Assembly (NCBI RefSeq): GCF_020402505.1
Contig: NZ_JADBZL010000023.1
Coordinates: forward strand, 3,623 to 67,622
DNA length: 64,000 nt
Source of the DNA: Phenylobacterium sp.
Lineage (GTDB): Bacteria > Pseudomonadota > Alphaproteobacteria > Caulobacterales > Caulobacteraceae
Direction: 5' to 3'
In this document: positions 18,790-28,461 of the stretch, one piece after another
How the letters are laid out: the number at the start of each line of letters is the position of its first letter
How positions within the stretch are numbered: the stretch's first letter is position 1
Program-made: the position numbers and the translations under genes
The notes under the pieces: model-generated
What the model was told of the DNA's origin: nothing
What the model saw: the letters and a program-made list of their open reading frames with translations, nothing else
Databases searched by the model: none

Positions 18790-20153
18790 CGGCGGGCTCC
18801 GAGGAGAGAGAGGATCGAAGCGGCGTCAGGCAGGGCCTCGAACCGGTCGATGGCGTCGGCGAGCGCGGCCGCATTAGAACCGAGGCCCCCGAAGTCGAGG
18901 CAGGTCGCCTGCTTGGCCAGGTGCTGCTCGCGGGTCAAGGGTTGTTCGGGCGAACCCAACTGAGCCGTGATCGTGTGTCGGAACAAGCGACCATCGGTCG
19001 TGTTGACAGTAAGGGTCGCCGGCGTGAAGGCGGCGGGGTCGGGGTTATCATCGACCTCGACGCGGATGCGGTCCGCAAGCTGGAGAAGCGCCGGATCGGA
19101 CAGCCGCTCCGGCGTGAAGTCAGCGAGACCCACGGTGCCTCGGGCGAGAACTATGGCTCCAAGCCACGGCAGGCAAAGCCGCGCCCAGGCTGGAACCATG
19201 CCGGCGCCGGGGCGACGCCCGACGAGGCGGTGGATGAGGGGCGGCGCACGATAAACGATCTCCGCCACATCCTTCGAAGTCAGTCCGTGATCCGCCATAA
19301 GGGTCTGAAGGGCGACAATGCCTCCGTGGGCCGCGCGGCCGGTCGGGAAGGGCTTCCAGCTTACCTCGGCGATGCGGAAGCCGGGGGCGGGGTGGGTCAG
19401 GGGTGCGGCGTCGTGTGCCGTCTCAAACAGGGTAAGGTAGCCGAACGGCCCTTCCAGCGAAGCCTCTGGGCCTGGCAGTCCAGCTTCAGCCAGATCAACC
19501 GCCATTACGGCGGCGCGGGCGGCGTTGGCGATCTGGATTGGCAGCGCTGGCTTGCCCTCGGCGTGGGCCTGCATTGTGCCCGAGGCGAAAGCGAGGGCAT
19601 AGCCGAAGGCGGAGACACCCTGATTCACCGGCAGACGGCGCAGCGAGATCAGGGCGGCGATGCAGCCAAAGACTCCCGCCGTCGCCGGGCGGAAGAACTT
19701 GAGCGGCGTGCTGGCAGCGAGCCCCAGGGAGGCGGCGACCTCGACCCCGGCGACAAGGGCTGTCAGCAGGCCTTCGCCGGTGACGGGTTTGCCCTCGGAG
19801 GCGGCGCGGTCGGCCTCGGACAGGATCACGGCGCCAACAGTCGCCATGGGGTGAACGACGGCCGGCTCATGGACGCAGTCGAACTCCTGGGCGTGGATCT
19901 GGAAGGCGTTGACGAAGGCGGCCGAGGGCTGGGGCAATCGCACATCGGGCCGGCCGAGCACGCCGCAGGCCGAGCCCTCGCCCCAACGCCTGGCGGCGGC
20001 GAGCACGTTGTCGGCAAGCGGTGCGTGGGCTCCGGCGGCACCGACGCAAAGGGTATCGTGCAGGAAGGTCTTCGCCGCCGCTCGCGCAGCAGGGTCGATG
20101 TCCGCCCAGGTTAGGGCCAGGACGCGCTCGCCCAGCGTGCGAGACAGGGTCAT
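18786..20153 (-). CDS. MmgE/PrpD family protein
   Basis: AFVNAFQIHAQEFDCVH, VHP, WKPFPTGRAAH. Start MTLSR overlaps the upstream stop. Confidence 0.88.
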   Translation of the reverse strand: MTLSRTLGERVLALTWADIDPAARAAAKTFLHDTLCVGAAGAHAPLADNVLAAARRWGEGSACGVLGRPDVRLPQPSAAFVNAFQIHAQEFDCVHEPAVVHPMATVGAVILSEADRAASEGKPVTGEGLLTALVAGVEVAASLGLAASTPLKFFRPATAGVFGCIAALISLRRLPVNQGVSAFGYALAFASGTMQAHAEGKPALPIQIANAARAAVMAVDLAEAGLPGPEASLEGPFGYLTLFETAHDAAPLTHPAPGFRIAEVSWKPFPTGRAAHGGIVALQTLMADHGLTSKDVAEIVYRAPPLIHRLVGRRPGAGMVPAWARLCLPWLGAIVLARGTVGLADFTPERLSDPALLQLADRIRVEVDDNPDPAAFTPATLTVNTTDGRLFRHTITAQLGSPEQPLTREQHLAKQATCLDFGGLGSNAAALADAIDRFEALPDAASILSLLGARR

Positions 20154-21499
20154 GCGTCGCGCCCCGGCAGGGCGGCCGAAAGGTCCGCAACCGTGGTCCT
20201 GACGCCCAGCCCCTGGACGGCGGCGATCAGGCGCTCGGCCGCATCCGGGTTCATGCCTCCCCAGGCCAACAGGGCGCGGGCCTTGTCGCAAACTGCACCG
20301 GGCGACAGGGGGTTCTCGGGATCGCCGAGTGCGTCAAGCGTTTCGATCCGGTGGTCTACGGCGCCTGCCGTGGCGATCAAACGCGCGCCGAAGCGGGCCG
20401 GATAGGTGGCGGTCAGGTCGTCGGCCACGGCGACCGAGACGCGGGCGCGCATCGCCGCGATCTCCGGATCGGCCAGGGCGGCGGGTTCGAAGCTGTCAAG
20501 GCCCGCGTCGCCGCGGATCAGGGCGACGGCGACGCTGTGCTGGAGCGAGAACTTGGCCTCCGGGGCAGTCGTCGGCGCAGGCTTGTCGCAGAAGAGGACG
20601 CTATCGCGGTAGGTCTCGACCCGCACGGTGTCCGGCAGCCCGGCGATCCGCGCGCGCAGAGCAAGGGCGGCGTCGATGGTGGGGTGGGCGTGACGGCAGG
20701 CGGCGTGGGGCTTGAAGCTTACTTCGTGCATGAACCAGCTGTGGGCGGGAATCAGTACGGCCTCGGGGTCCGCGTCAGGGGCCATGGCCGGGAAGAAGCC
20801 CTGCTCGCCTTCCAGCACCCTGAGCGGCCCGCGGAAACCGTCGCGCGCCAGCAGAGCCGAAGCCACGCCGTTCGCCGCAGCCCGTCCGTCGTGAAGCGCC
20901 TTGACCGACCCAGGTTCATGCCGCGCCCGCCAAAGCCCGGCGCCCTGCTGGCCGGCTAATCCGAGCGCCCAGGCGGTCCGTTCGTCATCCAGTCCCATGA
21001 GGCTCGCACCAGCCGCCGCCGCACCGAATCCACCGACGGTGCCGGTCGGATGGAAGAAGCGATAGTGCGAGGCCCCGGCTGCCCGGCCGATGCGGATCAT
21101 GACCTCATAGCCGCGAACGACCGCGTCTAACAGCGCATCGCCGCTCGTCACTCCGAGATGCTCGGCCAGCGCCAGGGCGGCGGGCATGACCACGGGGCCA
21201 GGGTGCAGCAGGGCGCGGCGATCGACGTCGTCCATCTCCAGGATCGCTCCGGCTGGACCGTTGGCGAGCGCCGCCGCCTGGGGCCCAGCGCGAGCGCCGC
21301 CGATGATGCTGCAGGCGCCCGTGCCCTCTGCCTGAGCCAAACCCCGGACCCGCTCCGCGTCGGACTCCCGTGCTCCCGCCACGGTACAGCCGACCCAGTC
21401 GAGCAGGTGCAATCGGGCCCGCGCGCGATCATCCGGCGAGACCGGCCTCGCCAGCAGAACCGACAGTCGTTCGGCGATGGAGGACAAATGTCCGGACAT
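20150..21499 (-). CDS. MmgE/PrpD family protein (second)
   Basis: HLLDWVGC, ILEMDDV, HPG, FHPTG, FKPHAACRHAHP and EAKFSLQH. Confidence 0.9.
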   Translation of the reverse strand: MSGHLSSIAERLSVLLARPVSPDDRARARLHLLDWVGCTVAGARESDAERVRGLAQAEGTGACSIIGGARAGPQAAALANGPAGAILEMDDVDRRALLHPGPVVMPAALALAEHLGVTSGDALLDAVVRGYEVMIRIGRAAGASHYRFFHPTGTVGGFGAAAAGASLMGLDDERTAWALGLAGQQGAGLWRARHEPGSVKALHDGRAAANGVASALLARDGFRGPLRVLEGEQGFFPAMAPDADPEAVLIPAHSWFMHEVSFKPHAACRHAHPTIDAALALRARIAGLPDTVRVETYRDSVLFCDKPAPTTAPEAKFSLQHSVAVALIRGDAGLDSFEPAALADPEIAAMRARVSVAVADDLTATYPARFGARLIATAGAVDHRIETLDALGDPENPLSPGAVCDKARALLAWGGMNPDAAERLIAAVQGLGVRTTVADLSAALPGRDA

Positions 21500-21501
21500 A
21501 T
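21486..21501. promoter_or_regulatory. Operator motif B
   Basis: AAATGTCCGGACATAT, core palindrome ATGTCCGGACAT. Overlaps the prpD-like start codon in a divergent promoter region. Confidence 0.7.
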
Positions 21502-21554
21502 GGTGTTATCGCGTCCCCGACCCTCGCCGGTCAAGCCGGAGCCATCCTCGACCC

Positions 21555-22805
21555 ATGCCGTATTCCGAGACGATAGACGCTGCTATCGGCGCCCTCAAGT
21601 CGACCTTGCCAAACGGCGGCCGTGTCTTCGTCCAGGGCTGCGCGGGCGAGCCGCTGGCGTTGGCGGAGGCCCTGGCGCGGCAGCCCGAAGCGGCGGCGAG
21701 GCTGACGTTCGAAGGCGTATGGATACCGGGGGTCAATCGCACGGACTGGGCCGGGTTGCATGCCCTTGCACGGGCCGAGGCCATCTTTCTGGCGCCCGAA
21801 TGGCGCGACAGCTTCAGGGCGGGTCAGCTGACCTTCTCGCCCATGACCTACACCCAGGTCTGGAGACGGCTATCGGGGCGCCCGTTCGACGCCGGAGTCT
21901 TCACCATTGCTCCAGCGGGCGCGGACGGTCGTTGCAGTCTCGGTGTCGCGGCCGACTTCAGCCCGGCCGTGTTCGACCGAACCCGACTGCGGATAGGCCT
22001 GATCCATGCGGCCATGCCGGCCGTGTGTGACGGGCCGACCGTCCCGCTGGACACCTTCGATGTCGTGGTGCAGGTCGACACGCCCCTGCCGGGCTATTGC
22101 GCGGGCACGATCGATCCGGTCAGCGCCGCCATCGCCGCGCGGGTTGGGGCCTTGGTCCCCGAGGGTGCGACCGTCCAGACCGGCCTCGGCAAGATCGGCA
22201 TGGCAACGCTGGTAGCGCTGGCCGATCACCGGGGCCTGTCGATCCACTCCGGCATGGTGACCGAGCCGCTGATCGCATTGCTGGATCGCGACGCCGTGGA
22301 GGGGGTGACGACCGGAGTCGCGCTCGGTTCGGCCGACCTCTACGCCCGCGTCGCGACCGATCCGCGTGTTCGCTTCCGTTCAGTGGGCGAGACGCACGCG
22401 ATCTCGACGCTCGCGGCCATCCCGCGCTTCATCGCCGTTAACTCGGCGATCGAGATCGATCTGTTCGGGCAGGTGAACGCCGAGTGGATGGATGGACGGC
22501 AGGTGTCGGGGGGCGGTGGTTTGATCGACTTCCTTCGCGGGGCCTGGGCGTCCGACGGCGGGGTGCCGGTCGTCGCCCTGCCAGCCTCAGCCAAGGGCGA
22601 TGCGCTCAGCCGGATCGTGCCGCGCCTGTCGTGTCCGCCCAGCGTCGGTCGAGGCGATCCGGTCGTGATCGTGACGGAGCACGGCGTCGCCGATCTGCGC
22701 GGTTTGTCGATCGATGCGCGGGCTGCAGCTCTGATCGACGTCGCAGCACCCTCGCACCGCGATCGATTGGCCGAGGCCTGGTCCGCGATGCGACGGGCGA
22801 TGTAG
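21555..22805 (+). CDS. Family I CoA transferase / acetyl-CoA hydrolase-like protein
   Basis: VQTGLG, NSAIEIDLFGQVNAE, GGGGLIDFLRGA and VTEHGVADLRG. Confidence 0.88.
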   Translation: MPYSETIDAAIGALKSTLPNGGRVFVQGCAGEPLALAEALARQPEAAARLTFEGVWIPGVNRTDWAGLHALARAEAIFLAPEWRDSFRAGQLTFSPMTYTQVWRRLSGRPFDAGVFTIAPAGADGRCSLGVAADFSPAVFDRTRLRIGLIHAAMPAVCDGPTVPLDTFDVVVQVDTPLPGYCAGTIDPVSAAIAARVGALVPEGATVQTGLGKIGMATLVALADHRGLSIHSGMVTEPLIALLDRDAVEGVTTGVALGSADLYARVATDPRVRFRSVGETHAISTLAAIPRFIAVNSAIEIDLFGQVNAEWMDGRQVSGGGGLIDFLRGAWASDGGVPVVALPASAKGDALSRIVPRLSCPPSVGRGDPVVIVTEHGVADLRGLSIDARAAALIDVAAPSHRDRLAEAWSAMRRAM

Positions 22806-22813
22806 GGGAAACC

Positions 22814-23527
22814 ATGGCGTCCCCCCGTTATCGTCAGCTCGCCGAGACCCTGCGCGCCGCCATTGCTCGCGGCGACTTCCCCGTCGGGTCTCAGCTGCCG
22901 CCCGAACTGGAGCTTGCCCAGACCCACGGGGTGTCGCGCCACACCGCTCGCGACGCCATCCGCCTGCTGAGGGAGGCCGGGCTGATCGCACGGCGACGGG
23001 GGGCGGGCACCACTGTGATCGCCGCCTCCAGCCCTCAGGCCTATGTCCAGCCGCTGGGTGGGGTCGAGGATTTGATGCAGTATGCCCAGACCGCCCGGCT
23101 GACGGTGCTGACCCAGGTCGAACGTCCGCTGACGTCCGAGGAAGCGGCGCGGATCGGTGGGGACCTGTCACGAGACTGGCTGGTGATCGACGGGCTGCGC
23201 ATCGCGGAGTCGCCGCCACTGGCCCTGTCGCGGATCTATGTACCCCAGCCGTTCACCAGCGTTGCGGGTGATCTGGGCGAAGGTCGCTCTGTGTATGCCT
23301 TGCTTGACGATCGGTTCGGGGTGTCGGCAGGCCGGATCGAGCAGGAGATCACGGCGGAGTTGCTGTCCGCAGTGGACGCCAGGACCCTTAAGGCCGAGAC
23401 GGGTGGGGCCGCACTGCGGACGCTTCGTCGCTACTTCGCCGAGGACGATACCCTGATCCTGGCGTCGGACTCCGTCCATCCTGGGGGGCGGTTCGTCTAT
23501 GCGATGACATACCGGCGGGAGGGATAG
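22814..23527 (+). CDS. GntR-family regulator (UTRA), second
   Basis: PRYRQLAETLR...LPPELELAQTHGVSRHTARDAIRLL...RRRGAGT. Confidence 0.92.
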   Translation: MASPRYRQLAETLRAAIARGDFPVGSQLPPELELAQTHGVSRHTARDAIRLLREAGLIARRRGAGTTVIAASSPQAYVQPLGGVEDLMQYAQTARLTVLTQVERPLTSEEAARIGGDLSRDWLVIDGLRIAESPPLALSRIYVPQPFTSVAGDLGEGRSVYALLDDRFGVSAGRIEQEITAELLSAVDARTLKAETGGAALRTLRRYFAEDDTLILASDSVHPGGRFVYAMTYRREG

Positions 23528-23609
23528 AGGTCCCTCCCCTTCCTAGAGGCGGATCTGAGCTCGGGGCGACCACACGGAGGGTCCCAGCCGCACATGCCGC
23601 CATTCGTGG

Positions 23610-24770
23610 CTACCGCCCTCCACTATCTCGCAGTCCCCGTCCCCCAACGGCAGAGCATCCAAGCCGCGCCCGGATATCCGCACCGTGTTCGTCCAGCGAC
23701 GGCGCCTTTGGGTCTATCACCGCAGGCTCTTCGCGAAAGCGGATGGGCGTGCCGACGATTTCGTTGCCGTTCGCGTCCCGCGCCAGCATCTCCCGTTCGA
23801 CCAGCGCCGGATCGTCGAAGGCATCCTTCAGCGTCCGGACCGGCGCCCAGCAAACGTCCTTGTCGGCGAACCAGGTCTGCCACTCCGCCAACGTTCGGCT
23901 CGCGAACGTCTCACGAAGGAAGACTCGCAACGGCTCCTGCCCCGGCCCCGGCGGCAGCTCGGCGCACCGGACCAGATCCTCGCGGCCGAGCGGCGTCAGC
24001 AGGTTGCGAGCAAACTTCACCTCGGCCCCACCCAGCGCGAGCCAGCATTGGTCGGCGGTGCGGTAGAGGCCGTACATGGCATTGCCGCCCCAGGACCGTT
24101 CGTCCTTGACGACGTGGGCCTGCCCGGTCGCGAAGATCCGGCCCGTGACATTCGGGGTCCAGGCCATGACGCTGTCAAACATGGCCACATCCAGATAGTC
24201 GCCTTGCCCGGTCTCTCGCTTGCGCAACAGCGCCATCAGGACGCCCGAAAGCGCTGTCAGCGACCCGAGCGCATCGGCCACCGGCATGCCGGGCATGGCG
24301 GGCAGACCGTCCTGTCCCTCATTCAATGACACCACGCCTGCCAGCGCCTGGACCGCCACGTCATGTGCAGGGCGATCCCGATAAAGTCCGTCCTGCCCGA
24401 AGGCCGAAATCGCGCAGTAGACCACGCCGGGATTGACCGCCCGCACGGCATCGTAGTCGACTCCCAGCCGCAAGGCGACGCCGGGCCTGAAGCTCTCGAC
24501 CACGACGTCGGCTTCGGCTGCGAGCGCCATGAAGATGGCATGATCCGCCGGGTCCTTAAGGCTCAGTTGGATGGAGCGCTTGCCGCGATGAGTGTTCCTG
24601 AACCAGACGCTCTCCCCACCCTTGCGGTAACCGACGTGACGGGTGGGCTCGCCCTCTCCGGCCGGCTCAATCTTGATCACCTCGGCCCCGTGGTCGGCCA
24701 TCATCATTGTCAGCATTGGTCCCGGAAGGAACAGGCTGAGGTCGAGGACCTTGACCCCTTCGAGCTTCAT
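23610..24770 (-). CDS. CaiB/BaiF family III CoA transferase
   Basis: LEGVKVLDLS...PGP, GAEVIKIEP, RGKRS, ADVVVESFRPG and PAHD. Confidence 0.92.
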   Translation of the reverse strand: MKLEGVKVLDLSLFLPGPMLTMMMADHGAEVIKIEPAGEGEPTRHVGYRKGGESVWFRNTHRGKRSIQLSLKDPADHAIFMALAAEADVVVESFRPGVALRLGVDYDAVRAVNPGVVYCAISAFGQDGLYRDRPAHDVAVQALAGVVSLNEGQDGLPAMPGMPVADALGSLTALSGVLMALLRKRETGQGDYLDVAMFDSVMAWTPNVTGRIFATGQAHVVKDERSWGGNAMYGLYRTADQCWLALGGAEVKFARNLLTPLGREDLVRCAELPPGPGQEPLRVFLRETFASRTLAEWQTWFADKDVCWAPVRTLKDAFDDPALVEREMLARDANGNEIVGTPIRFREEPAVIDPKAPSLDEHGADIRARLGCSAVGGRGLRDSGGR

Positions 24771-25906
24771 TCGCCCAGCACCCTGGCAGTCTGCTCGCCC
24801 AGCTTGGGAGCCCGCACGCCCGGCGCGCGCCTGCCATCGATCTTGACCGGGCTCGCCAGCATGTGCAGCCCACCGTCGCGGTCAGGGTGCTCAACCACGT
24901 CCCGCATACCGACCTCGGTGACGAAAGGATTGGACAAGGCCTCGGGCACGTCGCGAACCGGTGCGAACGGAACATCGCCGCCGAACAGACCCAGCCACGC
25001 GTCCGTCGTTCGGATCGAGGTGACCGCATCTACCGCCTCGCTAAGGGCCGCCAGATTGGCCCGACGCGACGGGATGTCGGCGAAGCGCGGGTCTGCCATC
25101 AGGTGCGGCGCGCCCGCCAGCTCGCAGAAGCGGGCCCAGAACTTCGGCGTCTGGCACATCAGAAGCCCCCAACCGTCCAGGGTCTTCACCAGCTGCGAAG
25201 GCGCGATCGAGGGATGGGCGCCCCTCGGCAGGCGACCGACGTCGTGGCCCTCGTTCATGGCCCACACGGCGGGGTAGCTGAGCTGATGCAGCGCCACGTC
25301 AAACAGGCTGACATCCACGTCACAGCCGACGCCGGTCTCGCGCGCCTTCAGAATGGCGCTGACCGTGGCCATGGCCCACATCGTCCCCGTCATGAAGTCG
25401 ACCATCGACAGTCCGAACCGTGTCGGCGGAGCATCGGGCTCTCCGGTAAGGCTCATGAACCCGGCCTCGGCCTGCATCAGGTAATCATAGCCGGGCCAGG
25501 CCTCGCGGCTGTTGCCCCGCCCATAGGCCGAGAGGTGGGCGCAGACGATGGATGGCTTGGTGTCCTTTAGCGCTGGATAATCGATGCGCATCTTCGCCGG
25601 CTGATCGCCACGCAGGTTGTTGACGACGGCGTCCGCCGAACGCACCAGCCGCTCGAAGTCGGCACGGCCCTGCGGAGTCTTGATCTCCAGCGCCACCGAG
25701 GACTTTGAGCGCGAGAAAGTCTGAAAGAACTGGCTGTCCTGATCGCCGAGAAAGTAGGGCCCGGTCTGGCGACTGACGTCCCCGCCCATGGAGGGAGCCT
25801 CGATCTTGATGACCTCCGCCCCCAGCTCGGCCATCAGCATGGTGCCGTAGGGGCCTGCCCCGTACTGCTCGACCGCGAGGACGCGGACGCCTTCGAGGGG
25901 GCGCAT
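24767..25906 (-). CDS. CaiB/BaiF family III CoA transferase
   Basis: PLEGVRVL...AGPY, GAEVIKIE, PGYDYLMQAEAGFM. Confidence 0.92.
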   Translation of the reverse strand: MRPLEGVRVLAVEQYGAGPYGTMLMAELGAEVIKIEAPSMGGDVSRQTGPYFLGDQDSQFFQTFSRSKSSVALEIKTPQGRADFERLVRSADAVVNNLRGDQPAKMRIDYPALKDTKPSIVCAHLSAYGRGNSREAWPGYDYLMQAEAGFMSLTGEPDAPPTRFGLSMVDFMTGTMWAMATVSAILKARETGVGCDVDVSLFDVALHQLSYPAVWAMNEGHDVGRLPRGAHPSIAPSQLVKTLDGWGLLMCQTPKFWARFCELAGAPHLMADPRFADIPSRRANLAALSEAVDAVTSIRTTDAWLGLFGGDVPFAPVRDVPEALSNPFVTEVGMRDVVEHPDRDGGLHMLASPVKIDGRRAPGVRAPKLGEQTARVLGE

Positions 25907-27099
25907 CAGATCTTGTTCCTCGCCACCAGCTGCTTGGCGATGATGATACGCTGCATCTCATTGGTGCCCTCACCGATACACATCAGGGGGGCATCGCGGT
26001 ACAGGCGTTCGATCACGTATTCCTTGGAGTAGCCGTAACCGCCGTGGATGCGCATCGCCTCGGTGGCGACGTCGACGGCGGTCTCGGAGGCGAAGTACTT
26101 TGCCATGCCGGCCTCCATGTCGACGCGACCGCCGGCGTCGAAGGCGCGGGCGGCGTCCTCGACCAGCAGCTCAGCCGCGCGCGTGCGGGCGGCCATGTCG
26201 CCGAGCTTCAGCTGGATGGCCTGATGCTCGGCAATAGGCTTGCCCATGGTCTTGCGGGTCTGGGCGTAGGCGACGCTCTCGCGCAGCGCCCGCTTGGCGA
26301 TGCCGACCGAGCGGGCGGCGATGTTCACGCGGCCGATCTCCAGCCCGCCGGTCGCCATGGCGAAGCCCTTGCCCTCCTCGCCGCCGACGAGGCTCAGCTC
26401 GGCGTCACAGCGATAGCCGTCGAAGATGAACTCACCGGAGTCGATGCCCTTGTAGCCAAGCTTCTCCAGCTTCTTTCCGTTCGAGACGCCCGGCAGCGGC
26501 GCCTTGGTCTCCGGGTCGATCTTGGACACGATCAGCATCGACATGCCCTTGTGGCGCGGCTGGGCCTCCGGGTCGGTCTTCACCAACAGGGCGCAGCAGT
26601 GGCCCATGATAGCGTTGGAGATCCAGGTCTTGGTCCCGGTCACGACGTAGTCCGAGCCGTCGCGCGCAGCGACGGTACGGATGGCCTGAAGGTCGGTGCC
26701 CGCGTCCGGCTCGGTCAGGCCGAGGCCGCCGCGCATCTCGCCGGTGACAAATCGAGGCAGCCAGTAGTCCTTCTGCTTCCGGGTGCCGAAGCGCTGAACG
26801 ACGGTGGCCATCATCAGGTGGGAGTTGAAGATGCCCGTCAGGCTCATCCACTCCTCGGCGATACGCATGACGATGCGCGAGTAAGTCGTCGCCGAAAGGC
26901 CGAGGCCTCCGTACTCCGGATCGATTATGGCTCCGAACAGGCCCAGCTCGGCCATGTCGTCCACCAGATCGGCAGGCCAGATGTCGCCGTGCTCGAGCTC
27001 CATGGCGACGGGGCGGACCTTCTTTTCGATCCACTTGTCTATGGCGTCCAGGAAGGCGCGTTCGTCAGCGTCGGTGATGATCGAACTATGGGCGTTCAT
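25906..27099 (-). CDS. Acyl-CoA dehydrogenase
   Basis: LTEPDAGTD, GTKTWISNA, KLGYKG and RDAPLMCIGEGTNEMQR. Confidence 0.93.
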   Translation of the reverse strand: MNAHSSIITDADERAFLDAIDKWIEKKVRPVAMELEHGDIWPADLVDDMAELGLFGAIIDPEYGGLGLSATTYSRIVMRIAEEWMSLTGIFNSHLMMATVVQRFGTRKQKDYWLPRFVTGEMRGGLGLTEPDAGTDLQAIRTVAARDGSDYVVTGTKTWISNAIMGHCCALLVKTDPEAQPRHKGMSMLIVSKIDPETKAPLPGVSNGKKLEKLGYKGIDSGEFIFDGYRCDAELSLVGGEEGKGFAMATGGLEIGRVNIAARSVGIAKRALRESVAYAQTRKTMGKPIAEHQAIQLKLGDMAARTRAAELLVEDAARAFDAGGRVDMEAGMAKYFASETAVDVATEAMRIHGGYGYSKEYVIERLYRDAPLMCIGEGTNEMQRIIIAKQLVARNKI

Positions 27100-27100
27100 G

Positions 27101-27622
27101 TCAGTAGTTCCCGGCGCGATCCTCGACCGCGTTGCCGCGCGCCGGGATCAGCATGTTGCGCACGAAGGTGCAGACTCTCACCCCGTCCTGGTTCAGGCCG
27201 ATGGTGCGGATGGTAACGATGCCCTGGCCCGGCCGCGACTTGCTCTCGCGTTTGGCCAGGACCTCGCTCTCGCTGTAGATGGTGTCTCCTGCGAAGACGG
27301 GAGCTGTGAACTTGACCTCATCCATGCCCAGGTTCGCGATGGCCTTCTGGCTGCAGTCCGTCACGCTCATGCCGATCAGCAGCGCCAGGGTGTAGGGGCT
27401 GACCACGATGTTCCGTCCGAACTCCGAGGACTTGGCGAACTCGGCGTCGAAGTGCATCGGGTGGGTGTTCATTGTCAGCAGCGTGAACAGGTGGTTGTCG
27501 TACTCCGTCACCGTCTTGCCGGGACGGTGCTCATAGACGTCACCGACGACAAAATCCTCGAAATAGCGACCAAAGGTCTCCCGATAGCGTTGGGGGCCGA
27601 CTTCCTTGAACTTCTGCACCAT
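27101..27622 (-). CDS. MaoC-family (hot-dog) dehydratase
   Basis: GRYFEDF.VG, DNHLFTLLTMNTHPMHFD and PVFAGDTI. Confidence 0.88.
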   Translation of the reverse strand: MVQKFKEVGPQRYRETFGRYFEDFVVGDVYEHRPGKTVTEYDNHLFTLLTMNTHPMHFDAEFAKSSEFGRNIVVSPYTLALLIGMSVTDCSQKAIANLGMDEVKFTAPVFAGDTIYSESEVLAKRESKSRPGQGIVTIRTIGLNQDGVRVCTFVRNMLIPARGNAVEDRAGNY

Positions 27623-28411
27623 TTAGGCACCTCCGACGTGTTCGAGCGTGCGCATCGCGGCGCGGATCACGGGTTTTTCGATCAGCTTGCCGTCCAGCAG
27701 GGCGGCGCCGCCGCCGGCCGCCTTGAAGGCCTCCAGTATCCGGCGCGCGCGGGCGATTTCGACCTCGGTCGGTGTGAAGACGGCGTGAACTGGGCAGATC
27801 TGCGAGGGGTGGATGCAGGCGCGGCCCGTGAAGCCCATGGCCTTGATCCGTCGAGTCGAGGCCGAGAGGTCCACCTCGTCGGCGATGTCGAGGTGGGGCA
27901 CGTCCAGGAGCTCGACTCCCGCCCGCGCGCAGGCGGCGGCGAGTACGCTCCGCGCATGGAACAGCGGCTCCCACTCCATGGTGCAACCCAGGTCGGCGGC
28001 ATAATCTGCCCCGCCGAACAGGACGCCGACGACGCCCGGCGCACCGGCGATCTCCCAGGCGGCGTGCAGACCGCCGGCGCTCTCTACGATGGGCCACAGG
28101 GGGGCGTCGGTCTTGACCCGTACGGCGGCGACATCGGCGGCAGAGGCTACCTTAGGAATCATGACGAAGACCGGCTTTACGGCCGCGAGCGCGTCCCGGT
28201 CCGCCTCGCCCTCAGCCGTGCCGACCGCGTTGATCCGCAGCCCGAACAGGCCATCCAGGGCCGCGACTGCCACCTCGCGCGCCGCGTCCTTGCCGTCAGG
28301 CGTCACGGCGTCTTCCAAGTCGATGCACACGGCGTCGGCCCCCGCATTGGCCGCCTTGTCGAAGCGGTCGGGTCGCGAACCGGGTACGAATAGGAGAGAG
28401 CGATAGGCCAT
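27623..28411 (-). CDS. CitE/HpcH-family acyl-CoA lyase (citryl/malyl/citramalyl-CoA lyase-like)
   Basis: RSLLFVPG, DLEDAV, MIPKV, GGADY and CIHPSQI. Confidence 0.9.
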   Translation of the reverse strand: MAYRSLLFVPGSRPDRFDKAANAGADAVCIDLEDAVTPDGKDAAREVAVAALDGLFGLRINAVGTAEGEADRDALAAVKPVFVMIPKVASAADVAAVRVKTDAPLWPIVESAGGLHAAWEIAGAPGVVGVLFGGADYAADLGCTMEWEPLFHARSVLAAACARAGVELLDVPHLDIADEVDLSASTRRIKAMGFTGRACIHPSQICPVHAVFTPTEVEIARARRILEAFKAAGGGAALLDGKLIEKPVIRAAMRTLEHVGGA

Positions 28412-28424
28412 GACGCCTCGGATC

Positions 28425-28440
28425 AAATGTCCGGACATTC
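28425..28440. promoter_or_regulatory. Operator motif B
   Basis: AAATGTCCGGACATTC, 14 bp upstream of the citE-like start. Confidence 0.7.
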
Positions 28441-28461
28441 TGTCGGAGCCAGGCGCGGAGG

